Made by a program: the position numbers and the translations under genes. The notes under the pieces are model-generated. The model was not told the DNA's origin and made no database searches. It saw only the letters and a program-made list of their open reading frames with translations. This document shows, one piece after another, positions 20,514 to 32,041 of a stretch of 64,000 nucleotides of DNA. Location of the stretch: positions 9,599 to 73,598 of the forward strand of contig CACAWX010000003.1 of NCBI GenBank assembly GCA_902536305.1, in the 5' to 3' direction. This stretch comes from an uncultured Pelagibacteraceae bacterium (GTDB taxonomy: Bacteria; Pseudomonadota; Alphaproteobacteria; Pelagibacterales; Pelagibacteraceae). Position 1 is the first letter of the stretch; the number at the start of each line of letters is the position of its first letter.

Positions 20514-21611
20514 TTAAATTGATAAACCTTGATTTGAAATAAATTTACTTATTTTTTTAAGTGTATTATTTTTTGAGAAATTTTTTAAAATTACATCTTT
20601 TAAAGGATCTAATAATTTATTTTGTTTAAAAAAATTATGCGTTAAATCAATACCAATACCTGTAATAATATTTTCAGATTTTCTTTGATTTGAAAAATCC
20701 TCAAGAGCAGGACTGCTTTTAATCGACATACCTAAACCTGCATAATACTTTAAAACTTCTTTTAATTTTTTTATATCTCTCAACACTAAATTGAAACCCT
20801 GTCCTGCAACCGGATGGATTGTATGGAGACCTTCTCCTAAAATAAGAACATCATTTTTATAATAAGTTCGTTTTAAATTTAACGTTAAAGGGTAAGATTG
20901 AATATTAGTAATATTAATATTTTTATCTTTTAAAATTTCACAAATTTTAAATTTAATTGTAGAGGCAATATTTTCTGTTACAAATCCCTTTTTAACACTC
21001 CAAACAAAAGAGAAATTATTTTTAGAAAAGGGTAATATTGCAAGTGGTCCTTCCTTTAGAAAGAATTGACTAGTGCTTATATCTTTTATGTTATGCTTAA
21101 CGTATCCTGTTAAAGCAACTTCTTTATAATCTTTTTCTATAGATCTGCTTTTGATAACGCTTTGGTAAATTTTAGAGTTTCTTCCTAGACAGAGTACTTT
21201 TAAATCGTACTCATCCAGATCATCTGATTTATTAATGTTTTTTCTTATAATTTTAATTTTCTTTTTTTTAATTTCTTTATTTAAAATATCTTTAATTTTA
21301 TCATTCTCAAATATGTATAAAAGATTATTATTATCTTCATTGAAATTTAAGAAATTTATTTTTTTCTCATTAGACTCATAAAAAAGGTTTATCTTTTTCG
21401 ATGGCCAGAATAATTTCTTGTCTAATTTGTCTAAAACACGATGAAAAAATTCATAATTTGAGGCTGATATAGCTGTAGTTCTCTTGTCTTTTTTAAGCTT
21501 ATTTTTTTTTGCTATAATTTGAACGTCTAAAGTAGGCAGATCGTTTAATGCTAAAGCAGTCATTAAACCTGCCAGACCGTCTCCAACTATGCCAATTCTC
21601 TGCTTTTTCAT
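20514..21611 (-). CDS. UbiH/UbiL-family FAD-dependent hydroxylase
   Basis: GDGLAG, RTTAI, GPLAILP, HTIHPVAGQGFNL; divergent from ftsK. Confidence 0.88.
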   Translation of the reverse strand: MKKQRIGIVGDGLAGLMTALALNDLPTLDVQIIAKKNKLKKDKRTTAISASNYEFFHRVLDKLDKKLFWPSKKINLFYESNEKKINFLNFNEDNNNLLYIFENDKIKDILNKEIKKKKIKIIRKNINKSDDLDEYDLKVLCLGRNSKIYQSVIKSRSIEKDYKEVALTGYVKHNIKDISTSQFFLKEGPLAILPFSKNNFSFVWSVKKGFVTENIASTIKFKICEILKDKNINITNIQSYPLTLNLKRTYYKNDVLILGEGLHTIHPVAGQGFNLVLRDIKKLKEVLKYYAGLGMSIKSSPALEDFSNQRKSENIITGIGIDLTHNFFKQNKLLDPLKDVILKNFSKNNTLKKISKFISNQGLSI

Positions 21612-21669
21612 GTTATAAAATTTTTCTCACTTTCATAAAAATGGTAAAAAGTACGTAAAACGATTCGAT

Positions 21670-23766
21670 ATGAATACAAACTTTTTAAATAGTGTAACAA
21701 ATTTTATAAAAAAACGAACCTTTGAATTTATAGGATTAATCCTTATTTCGACGAGTGTCGCACTTGCAATAGCCTTTACGACATATTCACCCGAAGATCC
21801 ATCTTTTATTTACGGAGATAGAGATTTCGAAATTAAAAATTTCTTCGGGATTTATGGAAGTAGTGTCGCAGATTTTCTTTTGCAAAGCTTTGGTCTCGTT
21901 TCATTTTTAATTTTAGCTAATTTTCTTTTCTGGGGTATAAATTTGATTATTAAAAAAGAGATCAAAAGAATAATCTTAAAATTATTTTTAGTTGTTGCTT
22001 ATTTAGTTATAGGTACAATTTTTATATACATTACTTTTAATAACTCATTCTGGCTTATCGATAATGGTAACGCAGGTTTTGTTGGAAAGATAGGTTATGA
22101 GTTCTTAAGTACTTGGTTACCTTACATAGATAATACCTATTCTGCTTATGGATTATTATTGCTCACTTTAATATTATTTATTTTCTCATCAGATTTAGAT
22201 TTTAAAAAGATAGTAACTGGAACTTATTCTATCATAACTTCATTCTTTAGAAGAAAAAACAATGCTGTTCCTGATATAAATTTTGATGAAACTCCTGTCG
22301 AAGAAAAAAGTGAAATCATTGAAAGACCCCAGCAATCGTTCTCATTTGGTGGCGAAGCTAAAAGTGAAAAAATAATAAATCCAGTAAGGTCAAAATACAA
22401 ATTGCCAGTTATAGATTATCTTGAAAAAAGATTATCAAATCTGAGTGCTACGGATTTAAATAAAAATCGTCCTGATGGAGAATTCATGGAAAAGATTTTA
22501 TTAGATTTTGGAATTGATGGTAAAATTAAAGCCATAAACAGTGGTCCAGTTGTAAGTTTATATGAATTTGAGCCTGCTCCAGGCGTTAAGGTTTCCAAAA
22601 TAATAAATTTATCAGAAGACTTAGCTCGTAATACTAGTTCTACCTCAGCAAGAGTTTCGGTAATTCCAGGTAAAAATACTGTGGGAATTGAAATACCAAA
22701 TGAGACTAGAGAAAGTGTTTCTCTTAGGGAAATAATTTCATACGAAAAATTTCAGAAAAAAGATGTCAAACTTCCAATTGCTTTAGGTAAAAGTATTTCT
22801 GGTATGCCTATAATTGGTGATTTAACTTCCATGCCACATCTTTTAATTGCCGGTACAACAGGCTCAGGTAAATCAGTCTGTATAAATACGATCATTGTTT
22901 CACTACTTTACAAATTAAACCCAGATCTTTGTAAGTTCATTTTAATAGATCCGAAAATGTTAGAGCTTTCAACTTATGAAGGGATACCTCATTTGTTAAC
23001 TCCAGTAATTACTGAAGCAAAAAAAGCAACATCTGCTTTAGCTTGGACAGTTAAAGAGATGAACAGCAGATACAAATTAATGAGCAAAGTAGGTGTGAGA
23101 AACATAGACGGCTATAATGCAAAACATAAATTAAAAATGCCGTACATCATAGTAGTAGTAGATGAGATGTCAGATCTAATGCTTGTGGCGGGTAAAGAAA
23201 TAGAAAACTACATTCAAAAATTATCACAGATGGCTAGAGCTGCCGGAATTCATATTATAATGGCAACACAAAGACCAAGTGTGGACGTAATAACAGGAAC
23301 AATTAAAGCAAACTTTCCAACTAGAGTATCATTCCAAGTAAGTTCAAAGATAGATAGCAGAACTATATTAGGCGAGCAGGGTGCAGAACAATTACTAGGA
23401 AAAGGAGACATGCTATTTATGTCCTCAGCAAACAGAATAGTGAGAATTCATGGCCCTTTCGTTTCTGAAAATGAAATTGAAAAAATCGTTAATTCTATTA
23501 GAGGTCAAGGTGAACCAGATTATATGGAGGAAATTACTGCACAAACAAGTAATGAATCTTCGTCTATTTCTGGTGAGGACGGTGAGGAGGATGAACTTTA
23601 TTCTCAAGCAGTTAATATCATTAAATCAGAAGGAAAGGCATCTACTAGTTTTTTACAAAGAAAACTTCAAATTGGATACAATAGGGCAGCTAGAATTATT
23701 GATATGATGGAAGAAAAAGGGGTGGTCAGTAAAGCAAATCATGTTGGTAAACGTGAAGTTCTATAA
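21670..23766 (+). CDS. ftsK: DNA translocase FtsK
   Basis: N-terminal TM domain, short linker, AGTTGSGKS, ATQRPSVDV, gamma domain LQRKLQIGYNRAAR. Confidence 0.99.
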   Translation: MNTNFLNSVTNFIKKRTFEFIGLILISTSVALAIAFTTYSPEDPSFIYGDRDFEIKNFFGIYGSSVADFLLQSFGLVSFLILANFLFWGINLIIKKEIKRIILKLFLVVAYLVIGTIFIYITFNNSFWLIDNGNAGFVGKIGYEFLSTWLPYIDNTYSAYGLLLLTLILFIFSSDLDFKKIVTGTYSIITSFFRRKNNAVPDINFDETPVEEKSEIIERPQQSFSFGGEAKSEKIINPVRSKYKLPVIDYLEKRLSNLSATDLNKNRPDGEFMEKILLDFGIDGKIKAINSGPVVSLYEFEPAPGVKVSKIINLSEDLARNTSSTSARVSVIPGKNTVGIEIPNETRESVSLREIISYEKFQKKDVKLPIALGKSISGMPIIGDLTSMPHLLIAGTTGSGKSVCINTIIVSLLYKLNPDLCKFILIDPKMLELSTYEGIPHLLTPVITEAKKATSALAWTVKEMNSRYKLMSKVGVRNIDGYNAKHKLKMPYIIVVVDEMSDLMLVAGKEIENYIQKLSQMARAAGIHIIMATQRPSVDVITGTIKANFPTRVSFQVSSKIDSRTILGEQGAEQLLGKGDMLFMSSANRIVRIHGPFVSENEIEKIVNSIRGQGEPDYMEEITAQTSNESSSISGEDGEEDELYSQAVNIIKSEGKASTSFLQRKLQIGYNRAARIIDMMEEKGVVSKANHVGKREVL

Positions 23767-24307
23767 AATTTTTTTAATTAGTTTTTTTCTACTTTTTTCA
23801 TTTAATCTTAGAGCAAACGAAAAAATTAAAATTCTAAATCAGCTGAAAAGTTTAAATTCTTTGGAATTTACATTTAATCAGGTTATCAATGATAAAACTG
23901 AAAAGGGTAGTTGTCTTTTAGAATTTCCTGGAAAACTAAAATGTGAATACTTTGATGATAAAAAGAAAGAACTTATTATAAATAAGAAAAAATTAGCCAT
24001 TACACAGAAGAGATATGATAAAACTTACTATTATCCCATATCAGAATCTCCTTTTCTAAAAATCTTGTATAAGGAAAAACTTTTAGAAATCGTTAAAGCT
24101 GGTGAAATAAAAAAAGAAAATCAAATTATTAAGCTTACTTACTTAGATGAAAATGAAATAAATGTTTTATTTGATAGAAAAACTTTAGACTTAAAAGGTT
24201 GGAAGATTATTGATCAATATAATAATAATATCAATTTTTCTTTAAATATTGTTTCTAAGAACGATATTTATCAAAAAGGAACCTTCAAAATACCAGAGAT
24301 AAATTAG
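23741..24307 (+). CDS. lolA: Outer-membrane lipoprotein carrier LolA
   Basis: Signal peptide, FTFNQ...G...PGKLKCEY, LKGWKIIDQ; follows ftsK. Confidence 0.82.
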   Translation: MLVNVKFYKIFLISFFLLFSFNLRANEKIKILNQLKSLNSLEFTFNQVINDKTEKGSCLLEFPGKLKCEYFDDKKKELIINKKKLAITQKRYDKTYYYPISESPFLKILYKEKLLEIVKAGEIKKENQIIKLTYLDENEINVLFDRKTLDLKGWKIIDQYNNNINFSLNIVSKNDIYQKGTFKIPEIN

Positions 24308-24810
24308 GCTACAAAATCGATTTCTTCTTCTTTAAAAATCTCAAAACCCTTTGACTTGTAGTTTTGTAAAGCATGTTTATGATCTAAACTGCAAGTGTGA
24401 ACCCACATTCTCTCTGGGTTCTTTCTAGATGCACTTGCAATAGCATGATTAACGAGTGTGGATCCAAGTTTTAATCCTCTAAATTCCTTTAATACTCCCA
24501 GATTAATCAACTCCACCTCATTAGTAGCCGGGTGAAATTCTTGTTCATAATAACCAACTAAATCATTTCCTTTTTTTAAAACATGGGTCTCTAAATTTTT
24601 ATTTGTAACGTACTTAATCCATTCCTTGTTAGACCAAAGCAATCTGTCTCTCCAATAATGGTCTAGTCCTATTTGCTTATAAAAGAATTTGTTAAGCTGG
24701 TAGTCGTTTTTATCATCCAATAAAATTTGGTAATTTGCTGGAAGATTTAAATCAATTGTATTTGAAAAATCTTTTAGTTCTAAAAAATATCTTTGTACTC
24801 TTGAAACCAT
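24304..24810 (-). CDS. GNAT-family acetyltransferase
   Basis: GVLKEFRGLKLG, WVHTCSLDH..ALQNYKSKGF. Confidence 0.9.
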   Translation of the reverse strand: MVSRVQRYFLELKDFSNTIDLNLPANYQILLDDKNDYQLNKFFYKQIGLDHYWRDRLLWSNKEWIKYVTNKNLETHVLKKGNDLVGYYEQEFHPATNEVELINLGVLKEFRGLKLGSTLVNHAIASASRKNPERMWVHTCSLDHKHALQNYKSKGFEIFKEEEIDFVA

Positions 24811-25166
24811 TAATTAACCATCTTCCCAATCTTTTCTCCTGCAAAAATATGTAAGTGTAAATGAGGAACTTCTTGTCCTCCATCGCTCCCAATATTAGTT
24901 AAAGCTCTGTAGCCTTTATCTTTTGAACCCATTAAATTTGCAACATGAGTAACTGCTTTATTTAACTCAACTATTTCTTTGTCTGAAGCATTGTTATTAA
25001 AATCATCTAAATCGACATACTCACCTTTTGGAATAACTAAAACGTGAATCTTTTTTTGAGGATTAATATCTTTAAATGCTAAAACGTAATCATTCTCATA
25101 GACTTTGTCACAAGGAATTTCTCCTCTTAATATTTTTGCAAAAATATTATTCTTATCGTAACTCAT
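24810..25166 (-). CDS. HIT-family nucleotide-binding protein
   Basis: NIFAKILRGEIP, GQEVPHLHLH. Confidence 0.95.
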   Translation of the reverse strand: MSYDKNNIFAKILRGEIPCDKVYENDYVLAFKDINPQKKIHVLVIPKGEYVDLDDFNNNASDKEIVELNKAVTHVANLMGSKDKGYRALTNIGSDGGQEVPHLHLHIFAGEKIGKMVN

Positions 25167-25435
25167 TTTTGTCTTTTTTTCAGTTCGCTCATTACATCTT
25201 CAATTTTTATATTATTAGCTTCAAGATAAACCATCAAATGATACATGACATCAGCTGCTTCATGTATTTTATTTGTATCTTTTTCAACCGCATCTATTAA
25301 CTCCCCAATTTCCTCTTTAACTTTAGCAACACTTAAATTCTTATGGTTTAAAAGTTTATTGGTGTAAGAACTGTCTATGGGAGAATTTTTACGATTTCTT
25401 ATGGTTATCATCAGCTGCTCAAGAGTTTCAAACAT
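25163..25435 (-). CDS. hisE: Phosphoribosyl-ATP diphosphatase
   Basis: SYTNKL, KVKEE, EAADVMYH. Confidence 0.95.
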   Translation of the reverse strand: MFETLEQLMITIRNRKNSPIDSSYTNKLLNHKNLSVAKVKEEIGELIDAVEKDTNKIHEAADVMYHLMVYLEANNIKIEDVMSELKKRQK

Positions 25436-25436
25436 A

Positions 25437-26195
25437 TTACAATCTTACTGATACATTTTTAGAATTCAAATATTCTTTGGCTTCTTTTATTTTAAATTCA
25501 CCGTAATGAAAAATAGATGCAGCCAATACCGCGCTTGCACCGCCTTTAACTATACCGTCATATAAATGATCTAATGTTCCTACACCGCCTGAAGCAATAA
25601 CTGGAATATTTGTACAATCCGTAATAGATTTTAATAGGTCAACATCATATCCGGATTTAGTCCCATCTTTATCCATTGAAGTAAGTAGAATTTCACCAGC
25701 TCCATTCTTTTCAACATTTTTGGCAAATTCAATTGCATCGATTTCGGTTTTATTTCTACCGCCATGAGTAAAAACATTCCACTTTTTATCTGATATTTTC
25801 TTCGCATCTATAGCAACAACGATACATTGAGATCCAAATTTTTTTGAAGCTTCTTTGACAAAATTAATATCTTTAACTGCAGCAGTATTAATTGAAACTT
25901 TGTCCGCTCCAGCTAAAAGTAAATCAGTTATATTTTGAATATTTTTAACACCTCCACCAACAGTTAAAGGAACAAAACACTTTTTAGCTGTTTTTCTTAC
26001 TATATCTATAATAGTTTCTCTATTTTCATTCGAAGCTGTAATATCTAAAAAACAAATCTCATCAGCTCCGCCGTCACTATAAATCTTAGCTTGTTCAACT
26101 GGATCTCCAGCATCTTTTAATTCAACAAAGTTAATACCTTTAACAACTCTACCGTTTTTAACGTCTAGGCAAGGTATAATTCTATTTTTAAGCAT
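25437..26195 (-). CDS. hisF: Imidazole glycerol phosphate synthase cyclase subunit
   Basis: [29 protein letters not shown]. Confidence 0.98.
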   Translation of the reverse strand: MLKNRIIPCLDVKNGRVVKGINFVELKDAGDPVEQAKIYSDGGADEICFLDITASNENRETIIDIVRKTAKKCFVPLTVGGGVKNIQNITDLLLAGADKVSINTAAVKDINFVKEASKKFGSQCIVVAIDAKKISDKKWNVFTHGGRNKTEIDAIEFAKNVEKNGAGEILLTSMDKDGTKSGYDVDLLKSITDCTNIPVIASGGVGTLDHLYDGIVKGGASAVLAASIFHYGEFKIKEAKEYLNSKNVSVRL

Positions 26196-26913
26196 TGATT
26201 TCCTTCGCTAACTCATCAAGTTTAATATCACCATCATAAATGGCTTTGCCAATTATTATACCTTCAATTTTTTTATTATTTAAATCTTTAGCTTTCTTAA
26301 TATCATTTATTGAAGAGACTCCGCCTGAAATAACAACAGGACAATTAGAAAGCTCTGCAATTTTTATAGTATCGTTAAAGTTAGGACTAGTTTTCATTCC
26401 GTCTTTATTAATATCCGTATAAATAATTCGGCTCACTCCAAAGCTGTTTATTTCTTTAAGAAAGTCTAAAGTTTTAATATTAAGGTTTTCTTTCCAACCA
26501 AATACAGAAAGATTTCCATTCATAGCGTCTAATCCCAAAGCAATTTTATTTTTAAATTTTTCACACGCTTCTTTTAAAAATTCTTTGTTTTTTATTGCAG
26601 CACTTCCTAAAATTACTTTATCTACACCCGTATCTAAATATTTTTTAATACTATCAAGTGTTCTGATACCACCGCCAATTTCGATTTTTAAATTATATTT
26701 TCTAACTACTTCCTGAATAATATCTAAATTTACAGTTCTACCCTTTAAAGCGCCGTCTAAATCAACAATATGTAAGTCCTTAAACCCGTGGTCTTGATAT
26801 TTCCTAGCTTGATCAATAGGAGAATTTTCGTACTCAGTTTTATTATCAAAGTCGCCTTTGATCAATCTCACACATTTTTTATCTTTAATATCTATTGCAG
26901 GAAATATTTTCAT
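26188..26913 (-). CDS. hisA: ProFAR isomerase
   Basis: [28 protein letters not shown]. Confidence 0.97.
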   Translation of the reverse strand: MKIFPAIDIKDKKCVRLIKGDFDNKTEYENSPIDQARKYQDHGFKDLHIVDLDGALKGRTVNLDIIQEVVRKYNLKIEIGGGIRTLDSIKKYLDTGVDKVILGSAAIKNKEFLKEACEKFKNKIALGLDAMNGNLSVFGWKENLNIKTLDFLKEINSFGVSRIIYTDINKDGMKTSPNFNDTIKIAELSNCPVVISGGVSSINDIKKAKDLNNKKIEGIIIGKAIYDGDIKLDELAKEINA

Positions 26914-27542
26914 TATAATTTTATAAAATTCTCAATAATTTTTAATCCTATCTTGTCACTTTTCTCAGGATGAAATTGAGTTCCAAATAAATTGTCTCTT
27001 TCAATTGAACAAACAATTTTTGATGAATAATCTGTTGTTGCTGAAATAACTGAGTTATCTTCAGGAATAAACTCATAACTGTGCACGAAGTACATATGAG
27101 ATTTATTTTTAATGTCTTTAAATATTTTGCTTTCCTTTTGAATTTCTATCTCGTTCCAACCAATGTGTGGAAGTTTAAATTTTCCATTTTGATTATCAAT
27201 TTTGGAAACTTTTCCAGAGATCCAGCCTAATCCTTTTGTTTCTGCCTCCTCATAACCAACATCTGCAAACATTTGTAAACCTACACAAATTCCTAGAAGT
27301 GGTTTATTATTTATTATTGCAAATTCTTTAAGCGTCTCAACTAACCCGCTAATACTATTTAAGGAGTCAACACAGCTTTTAAATGAACCTTGGCCCGGTA
27401 ATACGATTTTATCACTAGACTCAATTTTTTTTATGTCTGAAGTTACCTCTAGATGAACTTTGCCTTTAGCTACCTCATTAAAAGAATTAATGACTGAGCT
27501 TATGTTGCCCGATTGGTAGTCAACAATTGTGACATTCATCAA
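26913..27542 (-). CDS. hisH: Imidazole glycerol phosphate synthase glutaminase subunit
   Basis: LPGQG, GICVGLQ, PHIGWN, YFVHSY, QFHPEKS. Confidence 0.98.
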   Translation of the reverse strand: MMNVTIVDYQSGNISSVINSFNEVAKGKVHLEVTSDIKKIESSDKIVLPGQGSFKSCVDSLNSISGLVETLKEFAIINNKPLLGICVGLQMFADVGYEEAETKGLGWISGKVSKIDNQNGKFKLPHIGWNEIEIQKESKIFKDIKNKSHMYFVHSYEFIPEDNSVISATTDYSSKIVCSIERDNLFGTQFHPEKSDKIGLKIIENFIKL

Positions 27543-27544
27543 AT

Positions 27545-28135
27545 TTAAATAGAGCCTTTTGTCGAAGGTATCGAGTTTTTAATTCTTTTATCAATCGCTA
27601 AAGCATCTTTTAGTGATCTAGCTAGACCTTTATAACATGATTCAATTTTATGGTGGCTGTTTTCGCCGTAAATATTTTCTATGTGTAAAGTTACCCCCGC
27701 TGACTGTGAAAAAGCTTGAAACCACTCCTTAAATAACTCTGTGTCCATTTCACCAAGCTTTTCTACTGCTAAATTTACTTTCCAGATCAAGTAAGGGCGA
27801 TTAGAGACATCAATTGATACTCTACTTAATGTTTCATCCATCGGAATCATAGTTGAAGCATATCGTTTGATTCCTTTTCTATTACCCGCAGCTTTTTTAA
27901 TAGCTTCACCAATAGCAATACCTGTGTCTTCTGTAGTATGATGTAAATCAATATGAGTGTCGCCTTTTGCTTTAACCTCCAAATCAATTAAAGAGTGTTT
28001 AGACAGTTGCTCCAACATATGATCGAGAAAACCTATTCCTGTTTTAATTTTATATTTTCCCTTGCCGTCTAAATTTACTGCGACTGAAATACTTGTTTCT
28101 TTTGTTTTTCTAATAATCTTAGCTTTTCTTTTCAT
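27545..28135 (-). CDS. hisB: Imidazoleglycerol-phosphate dehydratase
   Basis: FLDHML, HHTTED, PMDE, HHKIE. Confidence 0.98.
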   Translation of the reverse strand: MKRKAKIIRKTKETSISVAVNLDGKGKYKIKTGIGFLDHMLEQLSKHSLIDLEVKAKGDTHIDLHHTTEDTGIAIGEAIKKAAGNRKGIKRYASTMIPMDETLSRVSIDVSNRPYLIWKVNLAVEKLGEMDTELFKEWFQAFSQSAGVTLHIENIYGENSHHKIESCYKGLARSLKDALAIDKRIKNSIPSTKGSI

Positions 28136-28237
28136 AAATTTACGCTGATTTACCTTTGATATATATATAATCGGTCATTTTATCAATAAATCAGATTTGC
28201 TATTGAAGATCCTAAATTAATCTCCACATATAACATC

Positions 28238-28777
28238 ATGAATACAGCTGAAAAGTGGCATGGAACAACGATTGTGTTACTCAGAAAAAATGGTGAAACT
28301 GTTGTGGCCGGAGACGGACAAGTTAGCCTAGGAAATACCGTTTTAAAAAGCAAAGCTAAGAAAGTAAGAAAAATTGAAAGCCGAGGAGTGATTGCAGGAT
28401 TTGCAGGATCAACTGCTGATGCTTTGACTTTATTTGAGAGACTGGAAGCTAAGCTTGAAAAACACGCAGGTAATTTACAAAGAGCAGCTGTAGAACTTGC
28501 TAAGGATTGGAGAAGTGACAAGTTTTTGAGAAGGTTAGAAGCATTAATGGCTGTTGCTGATAAAAAACATAGTTTTATTATTTCAGGAACTGGAGATGTT
28601 TTAGAGCCAGAAGATGGGATAATTGGAATTGGTTCCGGTGGAAATTATGCTTTAGCTGCTGCAAAAGTATTGGCGGAAACTGATATGGGTGCAGAGGATA
28701 TTGCAAGAAAGTCTATTAGAGTCGCATCAGATATATGTGTATTTACTAATAATAATATTACTGTAGAGAAAGTTTAA
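28238..28777 (+). CDS. hslV: ATP-dependent protease subunit HslV
   Basis: [29 protein letters not shown]. Confidence 0.98.
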   Translation: MNTAEKWHGTTIVLLRKNGETVVAGDGQVSLGNTVLKSKAKKVRKIESRGVIAGFAGSTADALTLFERLEAKLEKHAGNLQRAAVELAKDWRSDKFLRRLEALMAVADKKHSFIISGTGDVLEPEDGIIGIGSGGNYALAAAKVLAETDMGAEDIARKSIRVASDICVFTNNNITVEKV

Positions 28778-28778
28778 A

Positions 28779-30155
28779 ATGGTTAAATCAGGTAAAGTGA
28801 CAAATTTAAAAGTTGTAAAAAACAAATCAAAAGATAGTTCAAAGGTAAGCGCGCTATCTCCAAGAGAAATAGTCTCAGAACTAGATAGATATGTTATTGG
28901 CCAGAAAGATGCCAAAAAGGCTGTCGCTGTAGCATTGAGAAACAGATGGAGAAGACAAGCTTTATCAGAAGAAATGAGAGATGAAGTGCTTCCAAAAAAT
29001 ATTTTAATGATTGGTCCAACGGGTGTGGGAAAAACTGAAATATCTAGAAGATTATCTAGATTAGCAGAAGCCCCATTTATTAAAGTTGAAGCTACAAGAT
29101 TCACTGAAGTAGGTTACGTAGGTAGAGATGTTGAGCAAATCATCAGAGATTTAATAGAAATTGCCATAGCAATGGAAAGAGAGAAAAAGAGGAAAGAAGT
29201 AAAAGCTAAAGCAGAATTAAAAGCAGAAGAAAAAGTTCTAGACGCTCTTGTTGGAAATAAAGCCAGCGTTGCAACTAGAGAAAGTTTTAGAAAAAGATTA
29301 AGAAACGGTGATTTGGATAACAATGAAATTGAAATAGAAGTCCAAGGCACTGCGGCTGGTCTTCAAAGTTTCGAAATACCAGGCATGCCAGGTGGAAATG
29401 TAGGCATGGTTAATCTTGGTGATATTCTTGGAAAATCCATGGGGAATAAAAGGGGTAAAAAGAAAAAGATGACCGTTAAAGAGTCCCATGACATTTTAGT
29501 GGCTCAAGAGTCAGATAAAATGATTGAAGAAGATAAAATTATTAAAGAGGCTAAGAAGGCTACTGAAGAAAATGGAATAGTTTTTTTAGATGAAATTGAT
29601 AAAGTTTCGGCACGAAGCGATAGAGTTGGAGGAGATGTATCTAGAGAAGGAGTTCAAAGAGATTTACTTCCTCTTATTGAGGGAACAACTGTAAGTACAA
29701 AACATGGTCCTATAAAAACAGATCACATATTATTCATTGCTTCAGGAGCATTCCAATTAGCTAAGCCATCAGATTTATTACCAGAATTACAAGGTAGATT
29801 GCCTATAAGAGTAGAATTAGATGCGCTCAAGGAAGATGATTTTAAGAGGATTCTTAAAGAACCCGACAATAGTTTAATCAAACAATATAAAGAACTACTC
29901 AACACAGAAAATGTAAATCTTGAATTTACTGACGATGGAATTGATATGCTCGCTAAAATTTCTGCAGAGGTAAATTCTTCGGTAGAAAATATAGGGGCGA
30001 GAAGACTGCATACTATTATTGAAAAAGTTTTAGATGATATTAGTTTTAATGCGACAGATAGAGCGGGCGAAACAATTACTGTTGATGAAAAGTACGTTCA
30101 GGATAATTTAGGTAATTTAGTTAAAGATACAGATTTATCTAAGTTTATTTTATAG
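28779..30155 (+). CDS. hslU: ATP-dependent protease ATPase HslU
   Basis: [21 protein letters not shown] pore loop, ends DLSKFIL; about 22-aa N-terminal extension. Confidence 0.98.
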   Translation: MVKSGKVTNLKVVKNKSKDSSKVSALSPREIVSELDRYVIGQKDAKKAVAVALRNRWRRQALSEEMRDEVLPKNILMIGPTGVGKTEISRRLSRLAEAPFIKVEATRFTEVGYVGRDVEQIIRDLIEIAIAMEREKKRKEVKAKAELKAEEKVLDALVGNKASVATRESFRKRLRNGDLDNNEIEIEVQGTAAGLQSFEIPGMPGGNVGMVNLGDILGKSMGNKRGKKKKMTVKESHDILVAQESDKMIEEDKIIKEAKKATEENGIVFLDEIDKVSARSDRVGGDVSREGVQRDLLPLIEGTTVSTKHGPIKTDHILFIASGAFQLAKPSDLLPELQGRLPIRVELDALKEDDFKRILKEPDNSLIKQYKELLNTENVNLEFTDDGIDMLAKISAEVNSSVENIGARRLHTIIEKVLDDISFNATDRAGETITVDEKYVQDNLGNLVKDTDLSKFIL

Positions 30156-30569
30156 ATTTCTTAGTTTAACTAAAATCGCACCTTCACCACCATCTTTAAT
30201 ATCTGCATCAGATATAGAAAACACAAACTTATTTAAATCATTTTCTGATTTTATAAAATCAGGAACAGAATATCTAAGCTTACTAAAATCCTTAGAAACG
30301 TAGGCGTCATTATCGGAAGTAGAGTGAAGTCCTTTTCCAGTAATAAAAAGGATTTCTTTGTATTTTTGTTTAACACATGAAAAAATAATATCTCTAACTC
30401 TTTGATTTGCCTCATCTAAAGTATGACCGTGTAGATCAAATCTAAATCTCTCTTTTCTATCTTGTTTTTTTTGGTTATTTTTGTCTTTATCGTATACGTC
30501 GGATGGGTTTTTTATATAAGTCTCCCACGTTTCTTTGTCTTTCTCAGAAAGATATTTTTTTTTTATCAC
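30150..30569 (-). CDS. Smr-domain protein
   Basis: DLHG, ITGKG, GGEGA. Confidence 0.92.
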   Translation of the reverse strand: MIKKKYLSEKDKETWETYIKNPSDVYDKDKNNQKKQDRKERFRFDLHGHTLDEANQRVRDIIFSCVKQKYKEILFITGKGLHSTSDNDAYVSKDFSKLRYSVPDFIKSENDLNKFVFSISDADIKDGGEGAILVKLRNL

Positions 30570-31168
30570 TGACTAATAATTTCAGCTAAATACCAGTTCG
30601 GACTATTATTTTTAATATTTTTTGTAAATTTCCAAATATCTGTGACAAATTTTATTTTATCAGGGCTTCCCTCAATAATATTGTTATCTTTGTCTTTCTT
30701 CACAGAAATTACTTCGGCTACAAATTTTACACTAGCAAACAAATCATCTTTTACCTTTTCATATTTTTCAACTGATGACTCTTTAATTCCAATAAATGTA
30801 AATTCTGATTTTATATTTTCTTTATTTCTTGCATCTATAGCCCCAGAAAAATTTTCGTTCATTGTAGGTGTTAGTAGACTTTGAAGTTTTTTTACTTCCC
30901 CTTTAGCAAAGGCTGTTAAAATAGTTTCATATGCTATCTCAGCACCTTTGAGAAATTCTTTCTTATCTTTTCCTTCTAGTATTTCATGATTTTGTTTAAC
31001 AGGTTTTAATTCATTAATTGGTGAGCTGAATTTTTTTTCTGCGAAATTTGGATAAATTTTAGGTTCATGGCCTGTTTTTCGTCCTAGGATACTTCGAAGT
31101 CGCAAAATGATAAATCCTGCAATCATGCCTAGTAAAATTATGTCTATATATCCAAAACTATTGCTCAT
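30566..31168 (-). CDS. Tim44/TimA-family adaptor protein
   Basis: TM then LRSILGRKTG, FLKGAEIAYE, DIWKF...PNW; ATG 31168 preferred. Confidence 0.9.
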   Translation of the reverse strand: MSNSFGYIDIILLGMIAGFIILRLRSILGRKTGHEPKIYPNFAEKKFSSPINELKPVKQNHEILEGKDKKEFLKGAEIAYETILTAFAKGEVKKLQSLLTPTMNENFSGAIDARNKENIKSEFTFIGIKESSVEKYEKVKDDLFASVKFVAEVISVKKDKDNNIIEGSPDKIKFVTDIWKFTKNIKNNSPNWYLAEIISQ

Positions 31169-31212
31169 AATTTGATAAATATACATTAATCATATATTTT
31201 TGTATCAGACAA

Positions 31213-31632
31213 ATGAACCCATTTTTTCTCTTATTTTTAGGTCTTCCAGCTTTGGAAATATTCTTGTTAATCAAAATAGGAGGACAAGTTGGCGCTTTAA
31301 ACACTGTGGCCTTAATATTTTTGACCGCGATAATAGGGATATACTTTGCAAAACTTCAGGGAATCCAAACTCTCAGATCGGGTATGGTAAATCTTTACCA
31401 AAATAAAGTGCCAGTTTATGAAATAATGTCTGGTGCATCCATAGCTTTTGCTGCCCTATTGCTTATCATACCAGGTTTCTTTACTGATTTAATCGGTTTT
31501 CTTTTGCTAATACCATTTACAAGAAAAATTTTCTTTAAATTAGCTTTTAAAAACAAACCTCTTACAGATATAGAGAAAGAAAATGATACTATAGATGGAG
31601 AGGTAATAGATAAAAAAAAAGATGACTCATAA
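31213..31632 (+). CDS. fxsA: FxsA-family membrane protein
   Basis: PALEI, LLIIPGFFTDLIG, IDGE tail. Confidence 0.92.
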   Translation: MNPFFLLFLGLPALEIFLLIKIGGQVGALNTVALIFLTAIIGIYFAKLQGIQTLRSGMVNLYQNKVPVYEIMSGASIAFAALLLIIPGFFTDLIGFLLLIPFTRKIFFKLAFKNKPLTDIEKENDTIDGEVIDKKKDDS

Positions 31633-32041
31633 AATTATAGGGAAATATATTAAAGAATTGAAATTTAATATTCCAAATCCTAAAACATTCTTTCTTCTTG
31701 CTAAGGATATAGCTAATTATAAAATAAATATTGATATAAAAAGTGTTCAAGTAAAACAAAATATCATAGAGGTTTTGACTAGTTTGAAACTAACCCCTGT
31801 TAAAGATAATTTTGATAAAATCGATACTAAAATTGTTTTTTCGACCATAGTAGAATTTAACAATGAAAATTTAGCGAAGGAAGAAATGGAGAAAACTATT
31901 TTGGTGAATGTACCCTCTAAAATTTATCCTGAGCTAAGGCAGATTTTTATTTTTTTATTCGAGAACTCTGGGTTCAAAGACATAAAGATTAATGAGAATG
32001 TTGATTTTGAAAAATTATATAAAATGAGGAAGGTTCAATAA
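31622..32041 (+). CDS. secB: Protein-export chaperone SecB (divergent)
   Basis: YIKELKF..P, P.KIYPELR, SGF...VDFEKLY; fxsA-secB-dnaQ synteny. Confidence 0.8.
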   Translation: MTHKIIGKYIKELKFNIPNPKTFFLLAKDIANYKINIDIKSVQVKQNIIEVLTSLKLTPVKDNFDKIDTKIVFSTIVEFNNENLAKEEMEKTILVNVPSKIYPELRQIFIFLFENSGFKDIKINENVDFEKLYKMRKVQ

